Positions 39,536 through 47,747 of a stretch of 64,000 bases of DNA are shown piece by piece. The stretch lies in IMG/VR virus record IMGVR_UViG_2889931527_000001; one strand, given 5' to 3'. Below the pieces are notes generated by a model. It did not search any database. It was not told where the DNA came from and saw only the letters and a program-made list of their open reading frames with translations. Origin of the DNA: a virus. Lineage: Duplodnaviria > Caudoviricetes. A program made the position numbers and the translations under genes. The first letter of the stretch is position 1. The number at the start of each line of letters is the position of its first letter.

Positions 39536-40345
39536 TTAACGTTTTTCTACCGAACCCGAAAGCCTGCCCTGTAACGACTCAAAGCTTATCAGTGCATGGC
39601 TTCCCTCGTTTCGGTCATATTTCCACGATGGGAATGGATTGCCTTCCTTATATTTGCCGCCGTTTGCTTCTGTAAGCGCTGCAATCAAATGTCCTGTTGT
39701 GCGTGTTATCGCTTCTTCGGTTAGCGCGAACCGGCGCACTGTCCAGTCATAAATATCCTCTGGTTGCGCTCCGGTTTTGACAGCGACAGAATACAGTAGG
39801 GCTTCAAAGTCAGGTTTTAAATTTGGCGCGTTATGCGCCGCAATGTCTTTTTCTGCTTGAATGAGTTCGGGGTTGTCCGTTTCATCCGGCAGATCAATTC
39901 CATTTTGCGCAGCAAGGATAGTACGCAGTTGCCCGAAGTTCTTTGGGGTGATCTCTGCATTCACATCCCCTTGCTTCACTTTGATGGATGCCAATTTGCG
40001 CGGTTCGTCACGGCTAGTAGCAATGTACATTTCCACGTATTCTTTCCCGTCCTCTGATTTTTTAATAGGCAGCCGCATTGCCAGTCTCAAAAAAATCAAT
40101 AGGCGTAAAAACAATCCGCGTTCTTGCTCTCCGTTCATACGCGCGTCATAGTCCATGGCGTACAAGGCCTCAAGGAATCGCATGCAAACATATTTGACAG
40201 GGAGCGTTTGCTGCGCTACCATAAGCCCCATTTTTGCATCAGAGAATTGTAGATAGTCTGATACCAATATTGGATACAGGGTTAGGCCATTCCACATGAT
40301 TGGTTTCCCACGCTGGACGGCATCCTGTTGTTCCCGATTTAACAT
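39536..40345 (-). CDS. Tail assembly chaperone-like protein
   Basis: NFGQLRTILAAQN; IYDWTVRRF; adjacent to the tail tube gene. Confidence 0.6.
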   Translation of the reverse strand: MLNREQQDAVQRGKPIMWNGLTLYPILVSDYLQFSDAKMGLMVAQQTLPVKYVCMRFLEALYAMDYDARMNGEQERGLFLRLLIFLRLAMRLPIKKSEDGKEYVEMYIATSRDEPRKLASIKVKQGDVNAEITPKNFGQLRTILAAQNGIDLPDETDNPELIQAEKDIAAHNAPNLKPDFEALLYSVAVKTGAQPEDIYDWTVRRFALTEEAITRTTGHLIAALTEANGGKYKEGNPFPSWKYDRNEGSHALISFESLQGRLSGSVEKR

Positions 40346-40374
40346 CCTGTCCTCCGTTTTCCTCCTAAAAACAC

Positions 40375-40452
40375 AAAAAAGGGGCTGTAAACCACATTTC
40401 TGTGATTTACAGCCCCGATTGGCTATCGTCATCCTCCACTCTGGATGATGTA
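40375..40452 (-). terminator. Class B attenuator
   Basis: Same core, preceded by a CATCATCC/GGATGACG hairpin. Confidence 0.8.
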
Positions 40453-40457
40453 TTATA

Positions 40458-40913
40458 TTAAAAAATACACTTTGCAAGAGGTATATTTTTATTTTGTTTT
40501 AGTTTATCATAAATCGCTTTTGCAAGTTCTTTATAATATTTCATTTCTTGAATACTGTTTCCTGTCGCAACTTCATATAACTTGGTGCTAAAGTCATACA
40601 CCTTCTTTTCATCCAGAAGTTGCTTTAAAATTTGCGCAGTGGTTTTTCCGGCTCCTCTTATTTGGATAAAAAAATCTTTTTCAATGGGGAATTGCAAAGT
40701 ACCATTTCCCCATATATAGTTTAATTGCCAAGGATATAAAGTAAATCCAAGTTCTTTTTCCACTTCTCGCTTTTGCTCATCATATATATGCGCATCTGAA
40801 ATTTTGAATCCCAAAATCTCGTGCGCAATTACAGGAATCGGCATACTTACGCATTCTCTTGTTGCCTCTTTTATCATGTTTTCGATATATTCATATAAAA
40901 TTTCAACTTTCAT
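40458..40913 (-). CDS. Hypothetical phage protein with P-loop-like motif
   Basis: RGAGKTT; GGAGGTG RBS. Confidence 0.55.
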   Translation of the reverse strand: MKVEILYEYIENMIKEATRECVSMPIPVIAHEILGFKISDAHIYDEQKREVEKELGFTLYPWQLNYIWGNGTLQFPIEKDFFIQIRGAGKTTAQILKQLLDEKKVYDFSTKLYEVATGNSIQEMKYYKELAKAIYDKLKQNKNIPLAKCIF

Positions 40914-41091
40914 CTTTTCACCTCCGATATAGAAAGCACATGCCATCCATCTCGCTGGCATCTCAGACGCGCAGATGTTTCTGTTTCTGCATCTATTCGT
41001 AACTTGCACGTTTCACCAATATCATTTTCCAGATTTACTTCAAAGCATTTTTTTACCACATTCTTCTTAATCATTTTTTTACCTTTCTTCA

Positions 41092-41166
41092 TGGCTGGGA
41101 TAGCTGGATTCGAACCAGCGCATGCGGGAGTCAAAGTCCCGTGCCTTACCGCTTGGCTATACCCCA
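41092..41166 (-). tRNA. tRNA-Gln(TTG)
   Basis: Full cloverleaf, loop CT-TTG-AC, CCA end. Confidence 0.92.
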
Positions 41167-41170
41167 ATAT

Positions 41171-41458
41171 TTATTGTTCTTTCGGCTCGTTCGCTGCTTT
41201 CTTAATTTGAGCATTGAAGCGAAATCTTGGAATTTTCTTGGCTGGAACCATGATCGGAACATTTTTATATACATTTTGTCTGATTCTTTCCTTAGTTTGT
41301 GCCACTTCAAAAACTCCAAAATCTGCAATATGTACTTTTTCACCGTTAAATATTGTTTCAACAATGCACTTGCATACACTGTCTACAATATTCTCGATTG
41401 CATAGGCCGATGCACCTGTCTGCTCAGATACCTTTTTACATAGTTCTTTTTTGTTCAT
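41171..41458 (-). CDS. HU/IHF-family DNA-binding protein
   Basis: MNKKEL...GEKVHIADFGVFEV...VPAKKIPRF. Confidence 0.88.
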   Translation of the reverse strand: MNKKELCKKVSEQTGASAYAIENIVDSVCKCIVETIFNGEKVHIADFGVFEVAQTKERIRQNVYKNVPIMVPAKKIPRFRFNAQIKKAANEPKEQ

Positions 41459-41486
41459 ATTGGATCACACTCATAAATCAATCTGC

Positions 41487-41705
41487 TCATTCAAAATCGT
41501 AATGCTCAAAAATCCATTTTAGCGCAGAAACAAGTTCATCTTTCGACACGCTGTTGTGCGTTGCCATATTTGCAACATTGTCAATCGCTAAAATCCTTGT
41601 TTGGAACGGAATTGTTTCATCGTTCAGTTTATCTTTTACAATGTCGATTGCCATTCCGTCGGATACATTGAATGTGGGGAACGCAATCGTTTTACGCTTT
41701 TCCAT
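41487..41705 (-). CDS. Hypothetical phage protein
   Basis: ORF in the minus-strand operon. Confidence 0.5.
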   Translation of the reverse strand: MEKRKTIAFPTFNVSDGMAIDIVKDKLNDETIPFQTRILAIDNVANMATHNSVSKDELVSALKWIFEHYDFE

Positions 41706-41768
41706 TGTCTTTCATTCCTCAATGTTGTGCGAGATTTTATGCAGTTCAGGTAGTAGTCAGTTCATGTA

Positions 41769-42119
41769 TTACATTCCCATTTTTGCGCCACACTCAGGGC
41801 AAAACTTATGAGAAAAATAATATTCTTGGAAAACTTTTTTGCAATGAGAACATTGCGGCTTTCCTCTAAAATCTTTCCATTCTGCACAAACAACGGGAAA
41901 TATTGTTTTATCTTCTGTAAACTCAAATTCTTCTTTTAGCCATTCCAGAACGAAATCAAGTTCATAAGAACCAAACCCAATATCAAAATCGTTTTTTCCT
42001 TCGTTATACCAAAGAATTTCAAAGTATGTACCGATTTTGTTTTCTGTTGCAATGACTTGTGCATATCTTGTCATTATTTTTTTCTTTTCTTGCAGTTTTG
42101 GAGTTGCAAGTTCTGCCAT
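41769..42119 (-). CDS. Hypothetical protein with C-terminal zinc ribbon
   Basis: CSHC...FCPECGAKM. Confidence 0.6.
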   Translation of the reverse strand: MAELATPKLQEKKKIMTRYAQVIATENKIGTYFEILWYNEGKNDFDIGFGSYELDFVLEWLKEEFEFTEDKTIFPVVCAEWKDFRGKPQCSHCKKVFQEYYFSHKFCPECGAKMGM

Positions 42120-42454
42120 TGTTTTACCCCCGCTCCGTCTAAATCACATCATATAAATTTAGAATGGTTCAAGTTTATACCGCTTTTTGATTCTAAGTCT
42201 AATATTGTTTATGCAGTATGTAACCGTAATTCCGGATACTTTCATGTTTTCTACCTGCACTTCCATAAACAATAAAAAATAGAAAAGATGCAACCTGCTG
42301 CAAGACATGCCATCACCAATGCCAGCGAAATCATCATAACCATACCTGTAACATCAATAATCGTTTCAAACATTCCTCTATCAATCCTCATTCCCATATT
42401 ATCGGCTGCTATAATTTGCACTAATTTTAGACCTTCGCCTTACAAATCATATTT

Positions 42455-42975
42455 GCCACCATATTCAGCCAGCGAGTGAATAAGTCTGAGCATGCAACCC
42501 GTCGATCACACACTTCTTACCCAAGCGGCAAGCCGCCTAATCTCGTGCGGGATTGTCACCCGCAGCCCTTACACATCATTCAGAAATTGAAACATAATTC
42601 TTGTTTTATTTCTGCCTTGTGCCGGGTACGCAACGCCATGTTATACCCTTATTTCTAAGGTTCACGGCAAACATGGTTATTGGATTCCCTAGGTTTGAAC
42701 GGTTTTCCACGCCGTCCCTAACTAGGGTTATTCTCCCACAGGAAGCGTCTATTATCCATGCCACAGCGTTGCTGCTTTTGATGTCGATATAATTCGCACA
42801 CATAGTACATAGTTGGCGCTCTCACGCCTTCTGAATCGGTATCGCTATCGGTTCAAAGTTTTCACCAAAAGTATCCCTCTGGCTTCCACTCCATGAATTA
42901 CCCCATGTTCTCGGCAGGGTGATTATTCCTTCTTCACCGAGTTAAAATCAGCGCAAATTATAACAGTCGATCTTA
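42455..42975 (-). ncRNA. Large structured ncRNA candidate, ROOL-like
   Basis: ~520 nt with no credible ORF directly downstream of a tRNA; many short helices; 3' end GCTCAGAC...CTGAATATG resembles my recollection of ROOL (unverified). Confidence 0.5.
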
Positions 42976-42978
42976 AAT

Positions 42979-43054
42979 TGGTGGTTCCCCACGGATTCGA
43001 ACCGTGCCCGGGCGGTTATGAGCCACCTGTTCTCGCCTAGTGAACTATGGAACC
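42979..43054 (-). tRNA. tRNA with CAT anticodon (Met or Ile2)
   Basis: Loop CT-CAT-AA, T-loop TTCGAAT, CCA end. Confidence 0.8.
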
Positions 43055-43111
43055 AGATATGCGCCATCCGGTGTCAGATCGCGTGTTCCGTCACGGATTT
43101 GGCGCATCTAT

Positions 43112-43171
43112 TCGGGAGTGGTCGGAGTCGAACCGACAAGACACGCGATTTATCTTTGGCCGTATCTCCCA
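43112..43171 (-). ncRNA. Truncated tRNA-like RNA (acceptor stem and T arm, no proper anticodon arm)
   Basis: GGGAG/CTCCC stem; GTCGG-TTCGACT-CCGAC. Confidence 0.5.
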
Positions 43172-43298
43172 TGGTTGCGCGAGTTGGATTCGAACCAACA
43201 CAGGAAACTGCATTTCAACGTCTATCCGGCTTGGCGTTGAGCAGAAACCTTCTTCTACGTTTAACCACGCAAGCTTCTCCCAATTCGGCTATCGCGCA
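43172..43298 (-). ncRNA. tRNA-like RNA with abnormal anticodon loop and ~50-nt variable arm
   Basis: TGCGCGA/TCGCGCA-ACCA; GTTGG-TTCGAAT-CCAAC. Confidence 0.65.
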
Positions 43299-43303
43299 AT
43301 ATA

Positions 43304-43379
43304 TGGCATGAGCATGAGGAATCGAACCTCACCACGCGGTTTTGGAGACCGCATCGCCAGCCTTGGAACATGTGCTCCT
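43304..43379 (-). tRNA. tRNA-Trp(CCA)
   Basis: GCGGT-CTCCAAA-ACCGC; CCA end; one acceptor mismatch. Confidence 0.8.
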
Positions 43380-43384
43380 ATATA

Positions 43385-43815
43385 CCCCTTGCGGGGTATG
43401 CGTGATTTACGCCCACCAGCGCCCCGGCTTAACGGGGTTCTCAGCTTCCACGAAATTGAAAAACAGTCGATTATCAGTCATGCTGTTTTCGGTTTCCGAC
43501 CCTTTTTGGTCGGTACTTGGTGTCGCCACTCAGGATGCTAGGCGACGCGTGCAGGCCGTAATACGTTATCATCCATTCGCATTCGTGCCTTAAATCCCTT
43601 ACGGGAGATTGAGTAGCAGAACGGTAAATTTGTTGTGGATAGGCGGTTGCTCATTCCGCCTAGTGTCCTAACTTTGACCTTCCGTGGTTTGTGGGTCTCA
43701 AAAATCGCCGTTTACCCACTCATTCGCCACGTTCGAAATTCTGACGGCTCTATCGGTTTTTATCCGCCCGGCTTTCACGGGTAGTTCGTCAACTAGCTCC
43801 GCCGTGTACTTTGGC
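43385..43815 (-). ncRNA. Unassigned ~430-nt structured RNA candidate
   Basis: Lies between tRNAs; hairpins such as GGCGG/CCGCC, GTCGC/GCGAC, CCGACC/GGTCGG, TACCCC-GCAA-GGGGTA. Confidence 0.45.
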
Positions 43816-43818
43816 GGA

Positions 43819-43895
43819 TGGTGCCATTGACTGGACTTGAACCAGTGACATACGGTCATTTACGCCGATTGCTCTACCTACTGAGCTACAATGAC
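43819..43895 (-). tRNA. tRNA-like gene with enlarged, undeterminable anticodon loop
   Basis: Canonical D (AGCTCAGTAGGTAGAGC) and T arms, CCA end; loop CGTAAATGA. Confidence 0.65.
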
Positions 43896-43957
43896 ATGTG
43901 TGGGGAGTCAACATTACTCGACTCCCCGTCCGGCATCCACCGGACCTCTCTGTTATA

Positions 43958-44149
43958 TGCGGGTGATGATTTGCACATCACATGGTTGATACTGCCCGTG
44001 GATTTGCTAGACCCCATCAGGGTACGGGAGCGTACTTTCATCGAACCTTCCGTTTAAGCGTCTACTTTTGCAACCACGCCATTTGTGTGTGTTCAGGCCA
44101 TTCGGTTGCTTTACATCGCCACACACTAACGCTCTATTCCGCCACCGCA
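43958..44149 (-). ncRNA. tRNA-elbow-like RNA motif, copy 1
   Basis: TGCGG-TGGCGGAATAG...AGTAGACGCTT...TGATG-TGCAAAT-CATCA-C-CCGCA. Confidence 0.6.
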
Positions 44150-44152
44150 TAT

Positions 44153-44226
44153 TGGAGCACGAAACGGGAGTCGAACCCGCGTTCCCGGCTTGGAAGGCCG
44201 GTGTACTACCGCTGTACGATTCGTGC
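44153..44226 (-). tRNA. tRNA-Gly(TCC)
   Basis: CCGGC-CTTCCAA-GCCGG; TCCA end. Confidence 0.9.
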
Positions 44227-44583
44227 ATGTGCCGGTCTTTCCCGGCTGTCATCCGTTTTTCGGGAACGGCATTCCATATTCATTCACAAAAACTGTATGC
44301 AGCAAAAATCAAACGGTGTTCAAATAACCCTGATCTCTAATCCTGTTCACGGATTACCTCCTTACAAAACTTTAGAATGAATCTTCTGGCGAAATGCGAA
44401 TTTGTCGTATCTGGCAAATACGCGCTGGCCCGCCGCAGCCGACTTACATCTTCATATCTTTTGCGTCACAAACAAACTGACTACATCGTTTCATTTTTCT
44501 CACCTTTCTTTCCCGGACTTTTATCCGTAAAACCTATCGCCGCGTCCTCATGCAGACTAAGCGATCATATTTATTCACGTATT

Positions 44584-44838
44584 TCACGCAGGCTCGTATG
44601 TCTTTTGAAATATATCCGGTTTGCATGGATAAAATTCTCGATTTACACCCTTAATGATATAGTCTCCCACACTTGCATGAAGGTTCCCTTCTAGTGTATG
44701 AATCACTAAACCTACTTTCGGTATGATTTCAAACGATTCCGGGTCAATAAATTCGCATATTTCTGCATGGTTTGACCCATTCCATTGAACTGCATCAATT
44801 ACAACAGGTTTCTTGCGATATTTCATATCAATCTCCAT
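44584..44838 (-). CDS. Conserved small phage protein
   Basis: KYRKKPVVIDAVQW...GDYIIKGV..EFYPCKPDIF..TYE. Confidence 0.8.
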   Translation of the reverse strand: MEIDMKYRKKPVVIDAVQWNGSNHAEICEFIDPESFEIIPKVGLVIHTLEGNLHASVGDYIIKGVNREFYPCKPDIFQKTYEPA

Positions 44839-44902
44839 TTCATTTTACAATCAATACTGGATTGTAAATCATTTGATCGAACATTGTGCTACGCTGACAT
44901 GA

Positions 44903-45262
44903 TTACTTTTGCAAATCGTATAAGCTACCTACTATTTCAATGTTTTCCCATGCGTAAAACCTGCCATCGTACCTACTTAAATGAATTGATTTGTTCAATC
45001 TTTGTTTCATCCATTCATCAGCCTTTTTAGTAAGAGAAATTTCTCCTGGAAGCAATTGGATAATGTTGTAGCAGTCTGTTTCTTCTGGTGAAATACATTC
45101 TGTGCTATGTTGCTGTTTATAAACAATAACATAGCCAATTGGTCTTTTTAACAATATTGCTTGTCCATCCCAAATTTCTTTTCCAACTACACCTTCGGCA
45201 ATGATATCGCCTTCTCGTAACGTTATACCATGAATATCTTTTCTTGGTATCGCTTCTCTCAT
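44903..45262 (-). CDS. YopX-like protein (putative)
   Basis: KDIHGITLREGDII...IEIVGSLYD. Confidence 0.55.
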   Translation of the reverse strand: MREAIPRKDIHGITLREGDIIAEGVVGKEIWDGQAILLKRPIGYVIVYKQQHSTECISPEETDCYNIIQLLPGEISLTKKADEWMKQRLNKSIHLSRYDGRFYAWENIEIVGSLYDLQK

Positions 45263-45623
45263 TTCCTCACCTCTTACATTTTTAATACAATAAAAAGGAT
45301 GATATTACAATCTACAACCTGTTCACATTTTTGCTACTTAACGCCTAGACGCACATTATTTTTGTCAGCTTATATGCTATTAGCTGAACTTTCCCGTGTT
45401 GGTCTGCGTTGCCACACACAAACTCTGCTTCCACACCTCACATACTTTGCAATCAGGAATCACCCTTTTCATCACGGTACTTTTCAACCTCGCGCATGTG
45501 CATATGTCGCAACCGTTATCCCATTCGGTTGAGGTTAACCCATATAATTTTCAACGTGCCGCTTTCGCACAGCGCACACGCAAGACCCGTTCGCGGTGTT
45601 TTTCGCCTGTGGTATCATACATC

Positions 45624-45699
45624 TGGAGCCAATGGTGGGACTCGAACCCACGACCTGATGATTACAAATCACCTGCTCTGCCATCTGAGCTACACGGGC
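45624..45699 (-). tRNA. tRNA-Thr(TGT)
   Basis: Loop TT-TGT-AA; CCA end; one acceptor mismatch. Confidence 0.85.
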
Positions 45700-45705
45700 A
45701 TATTA

Positions 45706-45876
45706 TGCGGCCAAGGATTTGCACCCTGGATGGATGTTTTTACTTATCCAAGCCGTCTTGTGTCCTTAAAAGGTTACACATCCTCCGGTCAAGCGTCTAC
45801 TATTACCGTTCAGGCTGTCGCCCGTCTGGTTTTACCGTCCCACGCGGTACGTAGGCCGTCTATTTCCGCCACCGCA
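45706..45876 (-). ncRNA. tRNA-elbow-like RNA motif, copy 2
   Basis: TGCGG-TGGCGGAAATAG...AGTAGACGCTT...CAGGG-TGCAAAT-CCTTG-G-CCGCA. Confidence 0.6.
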
Positions 45877-45979
45877 CAAATTCTGTGTGTATTCCGTCTT
45901 TCAGCCGTTCCAATGGGACGATAGCGCACACAATCGCATCCGGCATCTGATGATTTTTTATCACCTCTATACAGAGCCG

Positions 45980-46840
45980 CTATCGTCTAACTCAACCGCA
46001 TAGCGACATATTTAGTGGCGGATAAGTTTAACCTCAGAACGCTTCTCTCACCAGCATTCCTATCTACTCTACATCGAGTAGACCCCAACTTCCAAAGGGT
46101 GCACATTATATACTCTACCACCGACAGGTCAGCACTTACCCATCTATCACTATATCGTGTGACTACTACGCCAAACAATCAGCAGCTTTTTTATATCTCA
46201 TGTTGGCGATCAACCCAAGCGAGAATGGAGCCACGCATACCTGACCGTTTGGTTATAAGCGTTAGACAAGCTGTGTACACTATTTGGATATGTTTCCATG
46301 CCTTTAACACTTGTCCCACGGAATTTTACCGTGCCATCATACACTCATTTTTGGCTGAGCAACCTTAAATGGCATGACCATTATATGAATCGAACCTCGC
46401 TTTTGGATAGGTCACTTCTGCCAGCCTGCTAACCATCTTCTACTCCTGTCGGCATCGAACTTCTCTTACTCGGTGCCAGATCAGGGGAGCAGGTTCACCA
46501 AAGGCAGTCTTTTCATCTTCTTTCGCTGCAAATACACAGACTCCATCGTTACAGTTATCCTCAGTATATCTGCATACCGTATATAAACGGCATACAAGGG
46601 CTGTGCTGTGTTAAGGACGTTCCTTTCTGTTTATAGCCTTGGCCTTCGGCATCAGAACATTTACAGCTTCATCTACATTTACACGGGCTTGGAACCGTTA
46701 TCCCAATATAGAGGGTGTTGCGAAAACATACATCGTCATATACCAGGATAGCTGTATTAAATTAGGTATTTACTGATGCTCCCATCGCTTGGAAGCTTCC
46801 CTCCATCCGCGTTCCTTGGCGTATTCTATACCCTCAATAC
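45980..46840 (-). ncRNA. Giant ncRNA candidate (~860 nt), GOLLD-like by size and context
   Basis: No credible ORF; starts right after tRNA-Gly in a prophage tRNA operon; 5' TTAGGTATT pairs with AATACCTAA. Confidence 0.5.
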
Positions 46841-46845
46841 CTAAA

Positions 46846-46919
46846 TGGAGCCAATGACGAGAATCGAACTCGCGCACTCAGATTGGAAATCTGATGTTCT
46901 ACCATTAAACTACATTGGC
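46846..46919 (-). tRNA. tRNA-Gly(TCC), second divergent copy
   Basis: TCAGA-TTTCCAA-TCTGA; TCCA end. Confidence 0.9.
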
Positions 46920-46990
46920 ATATTGCCGTCTCTTCCAGCTGTCACCACGGGTTTTCATCGTGTCCGACACAAAGTATCGAGCCGCTATCC

Positions 46991-47078
46991 TGGCGGAGCA
47001 GGAGGGATTCGAACCCTCGCACGTTCATCACGCCTCACAGTTTTCAAGACTGCTCCCTTACCACTTGGGTACCACTCC
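46991..47078 (-). tRNA. tRNA-Ser(TGA)
   Basis: Loop CT-TGA-AA, long variable arm, GCCA end. Confidence 0.9.
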
Positions 47079-47082
47079 TTAT

Positions 47083-47175
47083 TGCAGCGTGCAGGATTCG
47101 AACCCGCGATGCCCAGTCTCCACACGAAAAAATCCGGCGATCAACCAAGAGTCTTGCCCGCTTGACCAACGCTGC
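47083..47175 (-). ncRNA. tRNA-like RNA with expanded, ambiguous anticodon arm and no encoded CCA
   Basis: GCAGCGT/ACGCTGC; GTC...GAC D arm; GCGGG-TTCGAAT-CCTGC. Confidence 0.6.
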
Positions 47176-47262
47176 GTGTTCCTCCCCGCGTCTGCGGGGA
47201 GGGTATGGGTATGATAAGGAAAGGAGATATTTTGTCGCAGAAACTAGCGACAGGCTTGAATA

Positions 47263-47333
47263 TGGATTGCGCCATTAGAGAATCGAACTCCACATCGCAA
47301 CTATACGTTACATGTTTGCCATACATTGGCGCA
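47263..47333 (-). ncRNA. Degenerate tRNA-like RNA
   Basis: TGCGCCA/TGGCGCA stem; TTCGATT T-loop; 5-nt anticodon-position loop. Confidence 0.5.
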
Positions 47334-47489
47334 TATTCCTCCCCGGCTGCTGGGGAGGTGAAAGATAGGGAAAAGAGAAAGAAAAAGAGGTAGGAAATTC
47401 TGTCCCCGCTTTTGGGGTACGGGGAATTGCCTGAACCACATGGCAGCATGTATCCATGTAGCCCAAGCGTGTATGGTTGCGCCATACAG

Positions 47490-47612
47490 AAAAAAGACGG
47501 CGCAATCCCCACCAAATCACACTACGAGTACATTACACACGTACTTAGTGCGGTTTGGCGCGGATTGCGCCGTCTGTAACTGTATTATATTCCTTCTTCT
47601 GGCGAAAGTCAA
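47490..47612 (-). promoter_or_regulatory. Sigma70 promoter and class A attenuator heading the tRNA/ncRNA operon
   Basis: TTGACT(47612-47607)-17-TATAAT(47589-47584); ACGGCGCAATCCGCGCCAAA...GGATTGCGCCGT-CTTTTTT. Confidence 0.8.
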
Positions 47613-47690
47613 CCATTTTTTCATTTCATTTTTAAAGTTTTTTTACGCCAACATACCGCCTGATACACTCCCGAAAACCAAGTATTTTCT

Positions 47691-47715
47691 TATTGCTAAT
47701 GTATTGCTAATGTAT
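47691..47715 (+). repeat. Tandem TATTGCTAATG repeats (putative integrase arm sites)
   Basis: Two copies ~35 bp inside attR. Confidence 0.6.
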
Positions 47716-47747
47716 ACGCAAAAAAATCAGGTATTCCCGTAATTTTT

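Noticed and set aside
43172-43298. Ochre-suppressor (TTA) tRNA or recoded genome
   Set aside because: The loop is not a canonical 7-nt loop, and phage ORFs end normally at TAA, TAG and TGA.
45460-45490. AGTACCGTGA..AAAGG similarity to a 23S rRNA helix
   Set aside because: Too short to distinguish from chance.
43018-47742. Numerous short plus-strand ORFs across the tRNA region
   Set aside because: They are antisense to tRNAs and structured RNAs.
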